In this document: positions 1 to 11,727 of the stretch, one piece after another
How the letters are laid out: the number at the start of each line of letters is the position of its first letter
Position numbering within the stretch: the stretch's first letter is position 1
Source of the DNA: Octopus sinensis
Taxonomy: Eukaryota
Assembly: GCF_006345805.1 (NCBI RefSeq)
Contig: NC_043011.1
Location: forward strand, 28,222,464 to 28,286,463
Direction of reading: 5' to 3'
Length of the DNA: 64,000 bases
Program-made: the position numbers and the translations under genes
The notes under the pieces: model-generated
The model's database searches: none
What the model saw: the letters and a program-made list of their open reading frames with translations, nothing else
What the model was told of the DNA's origin: nothing

Positions 1-208
1 GTTTTAACTTCTTGATATTGTTTCCCGACATTATCTTTGATAATTAGACCTGTATTCGAATTTACACTCCTAAAACCTATTTGCCGGAATTAGCCTGTGC
101 TAAAGTCAATTCATAAAATCCATGAGTAAATGTATATCACGGTGGATTCCTCTGCTTCTAGGTATGGAATAATCCAATGTATCCATCGATCGACCTTCTC
201 GGGAGAGA

Positions 209-233
209 AATAATAATAATAATAATAATAATA

Positions 234-283
<50 letters not shown>

Positions 284-308
284 TAATAATAATAATAATA
301 ATAATAAT
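209..308. repeat. (AAT)n microsatellite
   Basis: Direct reading; source of the 106..318 poly-Y/I/L pseudo-ORF. Confidence 0.95.
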
Positions 309-310
309 TT

Positions 311-457
311 TGGCCCAAGGTCTGCTAGTTCGGGGAATGAACTTAGTTGATTACATGGATTTTAGCGCTCGACTGGTACTTATGTTATCGACCACGAAAG
401 TATATAAGGCAAATTTGACCCCGGCGCACTTCGAACTCAGAACGCAAAGCATTTTGT
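311..457 (-). mobile_element. SINE family A fragment (diverged)
   Basis: ctggtacttatgttatcgacc...aaggcaaatttgacc...gaactcagaacg matches the reverse complement of the family A core at 24736-25134. Confidence 0.7.
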
Positions 458-1347
458 ACAATTATAAAACCAAACCCTCACAGTAATTGAGATTGAGCAA
501 AGAAAAAAGAACATCGAACTGCACCTAAAACTATCTCATGAAAAAGAAATTTCGCTGGGAGAACAACGCGTTGTGTAAAATATAGAATTTATATCTAAGT
601 TTTATAATTCTTGGATTCCAGGTTACATGTGTAAATGCTTTTAAATGTGACTTAGTTTTTAGTAATGATCGTTGTGGTATTGTAAGATGCGTGGTTTGAT
701 TTTGGCTGGTATCGCTTGTACGAATTGTGCATTTTGTGCTTGGAAAATGGCTGAAGCTACAGTCATTGCGTAAGCATAGTATCTCGCGTTGAGAATAGCG
801 GCATATTTTAGGGTTTCGTGTGTTCATGATTTTACTTTATTTGCAGTTGGCAAGTTTATCATGGCGCTGTGAGGTTATACATTCAGATTGAAGTGGGTAG
901 TTGGGGGGGAAAGAAGAAGAAAGGAGTGGTTCTTCACTAACTGGAGTAGTGGCAGTGGTAATGGTAGTAGCAGTAGAATGGGATGACAATGGTGATGATG
1001 GATCTCTTTTGTTATTCTGAAGAGAATTTGAGTGACTTCACTGGGGAGAGGCTATGGAGACTGTATTGTTTAACAGGTCATCAATTGTTCTAGCATTGAA
1101 GATTGACTGCTAATGCCGGTCATGTTGTTGCTATTGTCTAGTTGTGGTAATGGTAATAGCAGTAGAACATAATGACAATGATGATGATGATGATGGGTAA
1201 CTTGTGGTACTTCGAGAAAATGAGAAAGCGGATAACTACGCAGGGAGACTTTCTTGATTATGGAGTTTAATATTTCATTAATTTTGCTAGTATCGAGGAG
1301 TGGCCTTGTTTTTTTTTGTTTCTTTGTTGTTGTTGTAAAATTGCTGT

Positions 1348-1381
1348 TACACACACACATACATATATATATTTATGTATG

Positions 1382-1472
<91 letters not shown>

Positions 1473-1506
1473 ATGTGTGTGTGTGTGTGTGTATGTATAG
1501 AGAGAG
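1348..1506. repeat. Compound (CA)n-(TA)n-(TG)n microsatellite
   Basis: Direct reading. Confidence 0.95.
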
Positions 1507-1861
1507 ATTAGGAATGGAAACAAAATAATAAATTGAATAATTGAATCAATATATGATAAATTCAATCCAATTTTATTATTTCTATATAAACAAATGACAA
1601 ATCAAGTTACGGCTGTTTCTACCGCATTAACTAGGCTTTCTTTATGATTAAAAATTACCTTTAATAAAAAATATAATGAAGTTCCTTCAGACAGATATAT
1701 ATTCTTAAAATATTATTTTCTTTAAGTATAAATGCATTTAACACGTTATATTAAGAGCGAGCTTAATAATAAATAAGCTAAAATTTCATAAATTCATAAA
1801 TTCAAGTCTACTGGTATCCAGTTCTATGAAGCGATTCTGTTATATAATACCCACACATACA

Positions 1862-1897
<36 letters not shown>

Positions 1898-1936
1898 TAT
1901 ATGTATGTATATATATATATATATAATATATATATA

Positions 1937-1982
<46 letters not shown>

Positions 1983-1990
<8 letters not shown>

Positions 1991-2464
1991 ATATTTCGGA
2001 ATGGTCATATTGCCAGTTTAGCCAATAAAAACACACGCACTATATATTTGGTGTTATTTTGCTTCAGTGATATTTATTTTTTACATTAATCTTAATCTTA
2101 TTTCGGCCAAAGTTCTTTCGTCACACTCCTGTGACCGCATCAGTGGTCCTTTGTTTTCTTCTCACTTACTTGTGTCTCTCCTTACTAACCGTCAGCCATT
2201 TTGTATTTCTATTGTATGTCTTCATTTGCGCATGCTTATATCTCTATGTGCGTTTATGTTAGTAAGGAGAGACACAAGTAAGTGAGAAGAAAACAAAGGA
2301 CCACTGATGCGGTCACAGGAGTGTGACGAAAGAACTTTGGCCGAAATAAGATTAAGATTAATGTAAAAAATAAATATCACTGAAGCAAAATAACACCAAA
2401 TATATAGTGCGTGTGTTTTTATTGGCTAAACTGGCAATATGACCATTCCGAAATATAACAATAT
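1983..2464. repeat. Perfect 207-bp inverted repeat (arms 1983-2189 and 2258-2464, 68-bp spacer), probable Penelope-type fold-back
   Basis: Arms read as exact reverse complements, abut (TA)n, and each carries a hammerhead-like motif. Confidence 0.9.
2301..2340 (+). ncRNA. Minimal hammerhead-ribozyme-like motif, variant core (mirror copy 2107-2146 on -)
   Basis: CCA-CUGAUGC-G-GUCAC(aggagu)GUGAC-GAAAG-aa-CUU-UGG: stems I, II and III pair; A9 position is C. Confidence 0.55.
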
Positions 2465-2525
2465 CTGTTTCAACACACGACTTCACATAAAAAATCTTGC
2501 ACAACAATATTTAAACGTATATATA

Positions 2526-2560
<35 letters not shown>

Positions 2561-2564
<4 letters not shown>

Positions 2565-2659
2565 AATGTAATATGTGACAATTATTCGGTAGCCATGATA
2601 AAACTCCGAGTTGTGGATGCCGAGGTGGAAATCCCCGCCGCCATCTCTTCAGTTACACG

Positions 2660-2660
<1 letters not shown>
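2561..2660 (-). mobile_element. Short PLE-like 3' fragment with a broken hammerhead (second copy 23920-24003)
   Basis: tgtaaatgtaatatgtgac...ggaaatcc.cgccgccatc occurs twice next to (TA)n; minus strand reads GUAA-CUGAAGA-GAUG...CAUC. Confidence 0.55.
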
Positions 2661-2707
<47 letters not shown>

Positions 2708-2837
2708 GTGTGTGTGTGTGTGTATACCAACTCACATACCTAAGTTTACCTATTTATCTACATTTACACTTACATCATACATACATACACAATTCCATAT
2801 ATTCATATATATATATATACGTGTGTGTGTGTGGTGT

Positions 2838-3043
2838 GGAGGCACAATGGCCCAGTGGTTAGGACAGCGGACTCGTGGTTTCGGTGAGTTTTTATTGAGC
2901 GAAAACACCTAAAGCTTCACGAGGCTCCGGCAGGGGGTGGTGGCGATCCCTGCTGTATTCTTTCGCCACAACTTTCTCTCACTCTCTGCGGGGTGGCGTC
3001 ATTTGAAGGCTAAAACAATGTGAAGCGCATTGTGACCAGCGAT
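2838..3043 (+). mobile_element. SINE family C (tRNA-derived head), internally deleted
   Basis: ggaggcacaatggcccagtggttagg...ttattgagcgaaaacacctaaagc; A-box-like TGGCCCAGTGG. Confidence 0.8.
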
Positions 3044-3141
3044 TTATCTATCGTCCAGTCATGCATCCAAGATGGTGCTCCACTCGCCTACTGGCACTAA
3101 AGAGCGAGACGCCTTGACACTGATTTTGTAATAATCATTTC

Positions 3142-3350
3142 ATTTATAGGCACAAGGCCTGAAATTCTGTGGGAGGGAACTAGTTGAATACATCGACACC
3201 AGTGCTAAATTAGTACTTATTTTATCGATCCCGAAAAGATGTAATGCAACGTCGACCCCAGCGGCGTTTGAACTCAGTACGTAACGATGGATTAAATGCC
3301 GCTAAGCGCTTTTTCCCGGCGTGTTGACGACTCTGCCAGCTCGCCACCTT
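3142..3350 (-). mobile_element. SINE family A
   Basis: Reverse-complement match to the family A head and core. Confidence 0.8.
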
Positions 3351-3590
3351 ACTGATCTTTGTAATAATGTAATCCAAAATATATTCTCAAAATATAGGTA
3401 AGCTCTATTGAGGAATCAAAACAATGACCCCACAGAAAGGGCTCCAAGTATTTGTGTTTTTCTCCTCAGTAATTATTGTTCAAAACGAAATAAGAATTTA
3501 CTTCCGCTTCTATTTAGTGTAAAAACAAGAGTAGCTAGGAAAGATGCATTTACAATAGTCCATTGTTAGTAACAATAATTGATTGCTAGT

Positions 3591-3978
3591 GGAGGCGCAA
3601 TGGCCCAGTGGTTAGGGCAGCGGATTCGCGGTCGTATGATCGTGGTTTCGATTCCCAGACCGGGCGTTGTGAGTGTTTATTGAGCGAAAACACCTAAAAG
3701 CTCCACGAGGCTCCGGTAGGGGATGGTGGTGATCCCTGCTGTACTCTTTCACCACAACTTTCTCTCACTCTTACTTCCTGTTTCTGTTGTACCTGTATTT
3801 CAAAGGGCCGGCCTTGTCACTATCTGTGTCACGCTGAATATCCCCGAGAACTACGTTAAGGGTACTCGTGTCTGTGGAGTGCTCAGCCACTTACACGTTA
3901 ATTTCACGAGCAGGCTGTTCCGTTGATCGGATCAACCGGAATCCTCGTCGTAACCGACGGAGTGCTTCCTTCCTTCCT
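3591..3978 (+). mobile_element. SINE family C, near full length, RTE-like tail
   Basis: Pol III A box TGGCCCAGTGG and B box GTTTCGATTCC; ends ctcgtcgtaaccgacggagtg followed by (CTTC)n. Confidence 0.85.
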
Positions 3979-4293
3979 TGATTGCTAGTAAGATGAGAAA
4001 CTATGTTATAATAGTTTCTCCGTGCTTAACACTTTTTGCTTAAGAAATGTTGATTATCATGATTGAGAAATATATGAGTTTATATGTGATGTTGTCTATA
4101 GCCAACTGGATTGATCGACACTTCTGAGATGGAAACTTAAGTAAATTTCAGTTGATTTTGAACTGAATTCGTAATCGGGGAGGGAGAGAATTCACGTTGG
4201 AAAATATTTCTTTCACTAGCACAAATCCTCAAATGCTAGGAGACTGATGATGGCTTCTGAAACATTCCCTGTAAATGCTTTATATCTAGTATA

Positions 4294-4521
4294 CCTATTT
4301 CTTTACTACCCACAACGGGCTAAACACAGAGATGACAAACAAGGACAGACAGATTAAGTCGATTATATCGACCCCAGTGCGTAACTGGTTCTTTTTTAAT
4401 CGAGACCGAAATGATGAAAGGTAAAGTCGACCTCTGCGGAATTTGAACACAGAACGTAATGGCAGACGAAATACGGCTACGCATTTCGCCCGGCGTGCTA
4501 ACGATTCTTCCAGCTCGCCGC
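4294..4521 (-). mobile_element. SINE family A (long-tail subfamily)
   Basis: Head gcggcgagctgg, core cctttcatc...aaccagttacgcactggggtcgat, tail ...tgtgggtagtaaagaaatagg. Confidence 0.85.
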
Positions 4522-5755
4522 AACTCAACCTTCTACTGTCACTTATTCACTCGCAAAATCATGATCATTAATATTAATGATATCTGACATTGGCACAGGC
4601 CACACCATCATACGGATATTTAATATAATTATGCAAATAATAATTCCCCAACCAGCCGAGATTTCAATGCCGGTTGACTCCCGTGTGAAAGCAGTTCCTT
4701 CCCTTAAGCATATAATGCAATTGAGAAAAGGGAACAAATGCGTCATGATGTTGTATTTAACCCCAATAATTCGATTAAATATTTATTCGGTCTAATGCCT
4801 AATCAAAAGAAATCAATCATTGAAAATGTTACATCGAGAAGAATTAGAAAGTTGCGACAATTGACAATTAAATAATTGGCATCAGATTAATTGGAAGGAA
4901 ATTGTAATGTACAATGGAAATCCACAGTATCAAAGAATTGGATTCTATTCATAAGATCTTCGATGATCACAAAAGTTTCTTCCAGGAGTTACCCAAATAC
5001 ATAATTAGTAATAACATTTCTAAATATTTTTATCTTCATTTCACTTTTTCATTGTGATTCTCCACTAAATAATATTGAAATGATTCGCGAAACAGCTGAC
5101 TGATATAGAATACCAAACAAAAATGCTTCATTTTAATTGAACATCAAAACAGTGAAATCTCTATTTCAAATATTTTAGAGAATTTTTTTTTTTTTGCTTT
5201 TTTGTGTATTTGTTTTGTCTACCTATTTTTTTTTTTTAGTTCAAGTCGAGTATAGTTAGCATCTGGTTTTATTTAACCTGATTGAATAAAGTAAAAAATC
5301 ACAAATACTTAGTGATACAATGTGATAAAACCAAAACTTGATACCTCGCAATATTTTTTTATATTGATCCCATTTATGTGAATTTCCTATTTTAGGTAAA
5401 TTTGCACCAAGATACTTGATATAATGCTGTACAGAAGTTCAGAAGGCGACAAAATAACCTCCCACTTGTACAAGTTGAAAGAAATTTCAACAAAAAACTC
5501 AAGGCGTGTACCGGCTCTTATCTTTGTGGTAAATGGAAAGTGACACTAACTTCTCTAAATTACTATGCCATGTCTCGAAACAATAAGTGTTAGACGTATT
5601 TCTGCTGCACACTACTACTTTGGCAAGTTATTCTTGTTACAACAGAGTATATAATTACATGTAATATTGTTAACATAGTATTCATCCCTTTCTGTATTTG
5701 ACTGCACATCGGTACGGTGTTGAACTTTTCCGGTAAAATATTAATATTAATATAA

Positions 5756-6190
5756 AGGCGGCGAGCAGGCAAAATCTTTGTCATCGTGGGTGAAATGTTT
5801 AACGGTATTTCGTCCGTTTTTACGTTCTGAGTTCGAACTCCGCCGCGATCGACCTTGCCTTTCATCTTTTCGAGATCGATAAAATAAGTACCAGTTGATC
5901 AATGGGGTTGATATAACCAAATTACTCCTTCTCCCGAAACTGCTGGCCTTGGGCCAAAAAGTGAAACCAATATTAAGGAGATGAGGTTGTAGACTGATTA
6001 GCACTCCGGGCAAAATACCTTGTGGGTTTCTGTCCGCCTTCGCGTTCTGGCTGAGCTCAAATTCCACCGAGGTTCACTTCACCTGTCATCCCTTCGGAGT
6101 CGTTAAAATAAGTATCAGTTTAACACTGCTGTTCAGGTAATAGAATCCTACAAAACCGCTGGCCTTGTACTAAAATTTCAAAGCAATATT
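5756..6190 (+). mobile_element. Two adjacent SINE family A copies (5756-5974; diverged 5990-6190)
   Basis: aggcggcgagcaggc...ttctgagttcgaactccgcc...gcctttcatc...taagtaccagtt. Confidence 0.8.
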
Positions 6191-6487
6191 AATATGTGAA
6201 ACGTTCTTACACGCCGCTCGGCCCACTCAAAGCTGTATTTCTGGACCATGAATCATTTTGAGTGATCTACAAGGGCCTCCTTGCAGCTGATTCTGTAAGA
6301 TATAGAGAGAGCTGAAAAAGTTAATCTCTCAACGCAGACCGTGCAGAATCGAATTAAATATCACAAGACATTATATCCGAAGTTCTAGCGACTCTGCCAG
6401 TTCGTCACATAAAATGAAGAGAAAAGAATAAGAACACATCACAGCATATTCCCCCTCCTGTTGTGGACGATTATGACTTAGTAATTC

Positions 6488-6690
6488 TTTTATTTCTTTC
6501 GGTCAATTGACTGCGGCCATGCTGGAGCACCGCCTTTTTAATCTAAAACATCGACTCCACGACTTATTCTTTGTAATTCTAGTACTTATTCTACCAGTCT
6601 CTTTGCCGAGCAGCTAAGTTACGGGGACGTAAACACAGCAACATCGGTTGTCAAGCGATGGTGGAGGGACTAACAGAGACACACAAATAC
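6488..6690 (-). mobile_element. SINE family B 3' half
   Basis: gactgcggccatgctggagcaccgcc...ctaagttacggggacgtaaacac, shared with the 20529, 26650 and 39113 copies. Confidence 0.8.
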
Positions 6691-6750
6691 ATACACGTAC
6701 ACAAATACACAAATACACACACACATACACAGACAGACAGACACACACAA

Positions 6751-6796
<46 letters not shown>

Positions 6797-6800
<4 letters not shown>

Positions 6801-8608
6801 AATCCAAACATGAAAACAATGAGAAAACACCACAACGCGAGGACGTGGAACAAGTATAGTTTTATTGGGCGCTCAGGAAAGGAAGAAAGGAGGATTTAAC
6901 GTTTCGAGCGGAGCGCTTCGTCAGAAACATAGAAAAAGGAAAGGTCCAAGGAAGGTAAGACGGAGGGGAAAAATTGCCAACGATACACACGCGGTCACAT
7001 TTTGAATGACCGGAAGGCAATGGGTGAAGAAAAAGTTCTTTCAAAGACAGGAGAGTGCAAGAGAAGGATGTATGTGTGTGTATGTGTGGATATGTGCGTG
7101 TGCGCAGGTCTCTGTGTGCGTATGTGTGTGTGTAATGATAGCACGCGTGTCTGTGTGTATGTATGTGTGTGTGTGGTTGTAGCTGTTAATCTATGTGTGT
7201 GGTTGGGCTTAGTATCGTTTAAGATCATAGGAAGAATGATTGTATGAGTGGCTCTTGTGTCTACCTACCCGTGTGCGTAGAAGAATGGTCAGTGGAAGGT
7301 ACTGGTAGTTTGAAGTATGTGTGTGTGCGTGTATGTATATGAATTGTGTGTGTGTGTTTTGTTTGCAGTGTGTGTGTGTGTTTTGTTTGCAGTGTGTGTG
7401 TGTGTATGTATGTATGTATGTATGTGTTCGTGTGCGTGTGTGCGTGTTTATGTGTGTGCATTTTTGCGTGCGCATGTGTGTGTGTCTGTGTCTAAATGTG
7501 TATACGTATGTGTATGTATGTGTGCGCGTGTATGCATATATTGTGTGTATGTATATGTTCAGGTATGTGAATTTGTGCATGTGTGTGTGCGGTGTGTGTT
7601 GGGGGTTTGTGGGGTTTGTGTAGGTGTAATGTGCGTACCTGTGTGCAAGTGTGTGCGTGTGCTTGAGTGTGTGTGCTTACGTGCATGTGTGCCTGTATGT
7701 GCGTGTGTGTTTGTGCCCATGTGCATATAATTGTGTGCGTGTCTGTATGTGTATTGTTTGTTGGAGGTATATGTGCGAACCTGTGCTAGTATGTATGTGT
7801 ATGTACGTGTGTATATGTGTGTGTGCGTGTGTTATGTGCGTATGTATGTACGTGTGTATATGTGCGTGTATGTTTATGTGCGTGTGTACATGTGTGTATA
7901 TGCGTGCGTGTGTATATGTGTGCGTGAACGTGGAGATGTGTCTCATGTGTGCATTTTGTTGTGTGTACGCGCGTGTGCTTAAGTACATGCGTGTATGTGG
8001 TTGTGTGTACGTTTATATGTGTGTGTGTCTAAAGGTATGTGTGTCTGTGTGCGCGTAGGGTTGTGTGGGATAGGTATCTGTGCATTCCTGTGCGAGTGTA
8101 TGTGTGTGTGTGTATGTGTGTGTACGTGTGTGTGTGTACGCGAATATGTATGTGTGCGCGTCGGTGTATGTGGATGTGTGGGAAGTATATGTGCGTTCGT
8201 GGGAAATTATGCGTGTGTATATATGTGTATGTATGTATGTTGTATGTGTGTGGTGTGTGGGAGCTTATGTGTGGGAGCTTATGTGTGGTCGTGGATACGT
8301 AAGTATGTGTGTGTAAGTGTTCATGTTTCTAGAAATAAAAACAATAATTTATAAAAGCAATGAATTATAAACAATAAAAAACAAAAAAATATAAAAACAA
8401 TAAAATATATAAAATCCAATATAAAAGACGCAATTACAAGTAAGAAATGAAAAAGGAGTAAAGAAATAAAGTTGCTTGGTACGGGAGGTGTAGAGGCAGT
8501 CACTAAGAGGAGGGCGTTGTGTTAACTCCGTGCGGGAGAGTAGTCTGTAATTTGAAGATATAGCGCTGTTTCCAAGCAAAGCCTGGATTGTGCGGATCCA
8601 TAGTGTAG
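6797..8608 (-). mobile_element. 5'-truncated Penelope-like element: GIY-YIG C-terminal remnant, microsatellite-rich 3' UTR, hammerhead
   Basis: Minus strand ~8505-8575 encodes QRYIFKLQTTLPHGVN, resembling the PLE endonuclease C-terminus (E..WI.KL.T..P.GLN). HHR at 6894-6928. 3' end is shared with 12819-13027. Flanked by (TA)n. Confidence 0.7.
6894..6928 (-). ncRNA. Minimal type I hammerhead ribozyme motif
   Basis: GUUU-CUGACGA-A-GcGC(ucc)GCUC-GAAAC-GUU-AAAU; one stem II mismatch relative to the 12921 copy. Confidence 0.75.
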
Positions 8609-8720
8609 TATATATATATATATGTATATAATAATAAATATTAGGGAATGAATCCAAAATTACAGGGAAAAATCAGATTTAGGGTTAAATCCAATTTTAT
8701 AGTAAAATATTATAAATATA

Positions 8721-8864
8721 ATAATTCGAGACAAAACCACTATTTTAAAACCAAACAGGAAAGACTTAATCAATACATAAAATTTTAATATAAATTTATA
8801 TTAAAATTTTATGTATTGATTAAGTATTTCCTTGTTTGGTTTTAAAATAGTGGTTTTGTCTCGA

Positions 8865-8869
<5 letters not shown>
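8721..8869. repeat. ~149-bp loop-less near-perfect palindrome
   Basis: Centre at 8794/8795; arms differ by one indel and one substitution. Confidence 0.9.
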
Positions 8870-8902
<33 letters not shown>

Positions 8903-8906
<4 letters not shown>

Positions 8907-9310
8907 TTTATGAAAATAAACAAAAGACGAAGGCAGGTGGAATACAAACAAACAATTGTATTAGTATGGCGCTCAGGAATATAAATAAAACAAATCTTTT
9001 ACGTTTCGAGCCTACGCTCCTCAACAGAAAGATCCACAGAAAAGAAACACAGAAAGAAACAAGGAGAGAAAAAAAATGCGTGCAGAGGTTAGCGAATCAA
9101 CATGGCGATCTGATTTCGGCCAGAAGCCAAAGATCAAACGTGAGACGCAAGAGCGAAATCAGGGGAGATAACAGGGTTAAATTACCTCGCCCCAACATAA
9201 GAGTGAGTGTGGGTATGAGAGAGTATGTAGTGCGTATGAGAGGTCTGGACGTGTGTATGTATATATGATGTGATGTGTAAAGTCGTATGGTGTAGTGTAG
9301 AGAGAGGAAC
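8903..9310 (-). mobile_element. PLE-like 3' fragment (distinct family) with hammerhead
   Basis: Starts at (TA)n, shares the gcgctcagga motif with the 6797 family, and carries an HHR at 8995-9032. Confidence 0.6.
8995..9032 (-). ncRNA. Minimal hammerhead motif, CUGUUGA core variant
   Basis: UCUUU-CUGUUGA-G-GAGC(guag)GCUC-GAAAC-GUA-AAAGA; 5-bp stem I, palindromic ACGU stem III. Confidence 0.7.
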
Positions 9311-9319
9311 ACATATATA

Positions 9320-9478
9320 TACGACGAGGGTTTTCAGTTTTTGTCTATCAAATTCACGCAAAAATTTCGGGTCAGCACGAGGCTATGCTAGAAGACACTT
9401 GCTCAAGGTGCTACGCAGTGACACTGAATCCGAAGCCATGTGAGTGGGTAACAAGCTTCTTACCTCACAGTCACTCCT
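9320..9478 (-). mobile_element. SINE family B 5' half (diverged)
   Basis: gaagacacttgctcaaggtgctacgcagtg...cttacctcacagtcactcct. Confidence 0.7.
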
Positions 9479-9737
9479 ATACTTTTTCTAATTGTTTTCG
9501 TTGCCTATATAGTCGCGAACAGGTGTCAGTCATACCTCACCCAGCAGAATATAAACGATGTGATAATTTGAAGTTGAACGATAGAGCTGCACCAGCAGCC
9601 GGTTGATGCGAATTAATCTAAATAAACAGGTTGAACGTGGAATGGAGTGCGCTGCTAAAGAGCTCAACACACCGCCTCGTGCACGAATTGAACCAACTAC
9701 TTTATAGTCAAGCGTCAAACAGTAAACCGCGCCATAT

Positions 9738-10140
9738 TCCTTTCTACTCGAAGTACAAAGCCCGAAATGTTTGTGGAGGGTGCCACTCGATTAGAACGAC
9801 CCCAGTATGCAACTGGTACTTAATTTATCGACCGCGAAAGAATGTAAGGCAAAGTCGACCTCGGTGGAATTTGAACTCAGAACATAAAGACAGACGAAAT
9901 ACCTATTTCTTTACTATCCACAACGGGCTACACACAGAGGGAACAAACAAGGACAGACAAACGGATTAAATAAGTCGATTACATCGACCCCAGTGCGTAA
10001 CTGGTACTTGATTTATCGACCCCGAAAGGATGAAAGGCAAAGTCGACCTCGGTGGAATTTGAACTCAGAACGTAACGGCAGACGAAATACGGCTACGCAT
10101 TTCGCCCGGCGTGCTAACGTTTCTGCTAGCTCACCGCTTT
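9738..10140 (-). mobile_element. SINE family A dimer
   Basis: Two cores joined at aaagaaata|ggtatttcgtctg, the same junction as 24736-25134. Confidence 0.85.
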
Positions 10141-11185
10141 TACACCACACCATTTTCGCAAAACCATATTAACGGAAGAAATAATGAATAATTAGATAAT
10201 AACTACATTTACGATGTTTCGATACGTTGGAGTGGTAAACCTTTATTGGCTAAATGCTATCGTACACTATTAACTATATTATAATAGAAGAAAAGAGATT
10301 TCACTCAATGATTGCTTATTCCTTTATCAAAATATTGTTATTAGATTGAATGCTGGGTCCTACTTGACAATATTCTACTGTTCCTTAAAGCTAAATTATC
10401 AGAAATAAGCCAAATGGCATTTTGAATATTCTATTGCGTTCGCTTTAGTGACTGTCTTGTTAATAAACAGTTAGAAGGTTGCCAGAAACTTTACCTAATG
10501 ACAGAGAATTGGTTAAGAATGAAACAAAACAAAGCTCTCAAATATGTAGAAGTGAGTGCGTTAGTGTCTTTGTGCGTGTCTGTGTATGTGTGTGTGTGAG
10601 CGCGCGCGCATCTGTGTATATACAACATTTTCGTTCCAAGAGAAGACTGTTAATTATATGTTGGATCGTTGATTTGGAAAATTGCTGTATGTGTACGCGA
10701 GTAAAAGTTTTAAGGTTCGCATACAAATAAACAGTGCAGAAAGAGACTGGCATAAATTTATATACTGTTATATAAAATCATAAAGAAATGTATTCGTGTA
10801 GATGTATGTGTGTGTGTACGCCTGCTTCATTCTCTTACAGTTTTTCTCCCTCCTCTCTCTCCCTGTCTAATACACACACACATACATATACACACACGCA
10901 CACACATACACATACACACACGCACACACATATATATATACACACACAGTGGCGCGCATATACACATGCATTCAGACACGCATACTTACATACATGCATT
11001 CATACATATATACATATATACATACATATATACACACACAGACCTATATATAAAAGGTTGGCCAAAGGTCCCGCACAAGGTTCAATACACTCCGGAATTA
11101 TCAGACAGGATCCAATGTTTCTAAAATTCAATAAAATAAATAAAGCAAATATAAATATACAAGTAGTTGTACATGATGAACAAAA

Positions 11186-11258
<73 letters not shown>

Positions 11259-11271
11259 TAATAATAATAAT

Positions 11272-11650
11272 AAGTCCAGCAATTTCGGTTGAAATGTTCA
11301 TTGGATTACATCGACCACCAATACTCAACAGGTACTCATTTTATCGACCCTGAAATGATGAAGGGCAAATTCGACTTCGGTGGATTTTGAACTCACAACA
11401 CAAAGACCGACGAAATGCCGTTAAGTTTCTTGCCTGGCGTGCAGACGGTTTTGCCAGTTGGCCGCCTTAAAAAAACCTGCAAAATAATCCTTTCTACTAT
11501 AGGCACAAAGTGTGATATTTCAGGGAGGGGATAGTCGATTACATCAACCCCCATCACATAACCGGTATTTAATTTAAGAACATAAAGACGGACTCAATGC
11601 TGCTAAGCTTTTTGCCCAGCGCGTAACATTTCTACCAGGTCACCGCCTTG
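11272..11650 (-). mobile_element. Two SINE family A copies (11272-11469; 11488-11650)
   Basis: Reverse-complement matches to the family A head and core. Confidence 0.75.
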
Positions 11651-11727
11651 AAATACGCACAAAACAATAGCATGTAAATGTTTGTTTGAAAAGCAGTTTT
11701 GGTAGAAAAGTCGAAGGTACGTAGAGA

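Noticed and set aside
3591-3665. tRNA-like sequence with A and B boxes
   Set aside because: It is the head of a multi-copy SINE that continues into a shared body; no clean cloverleaf.
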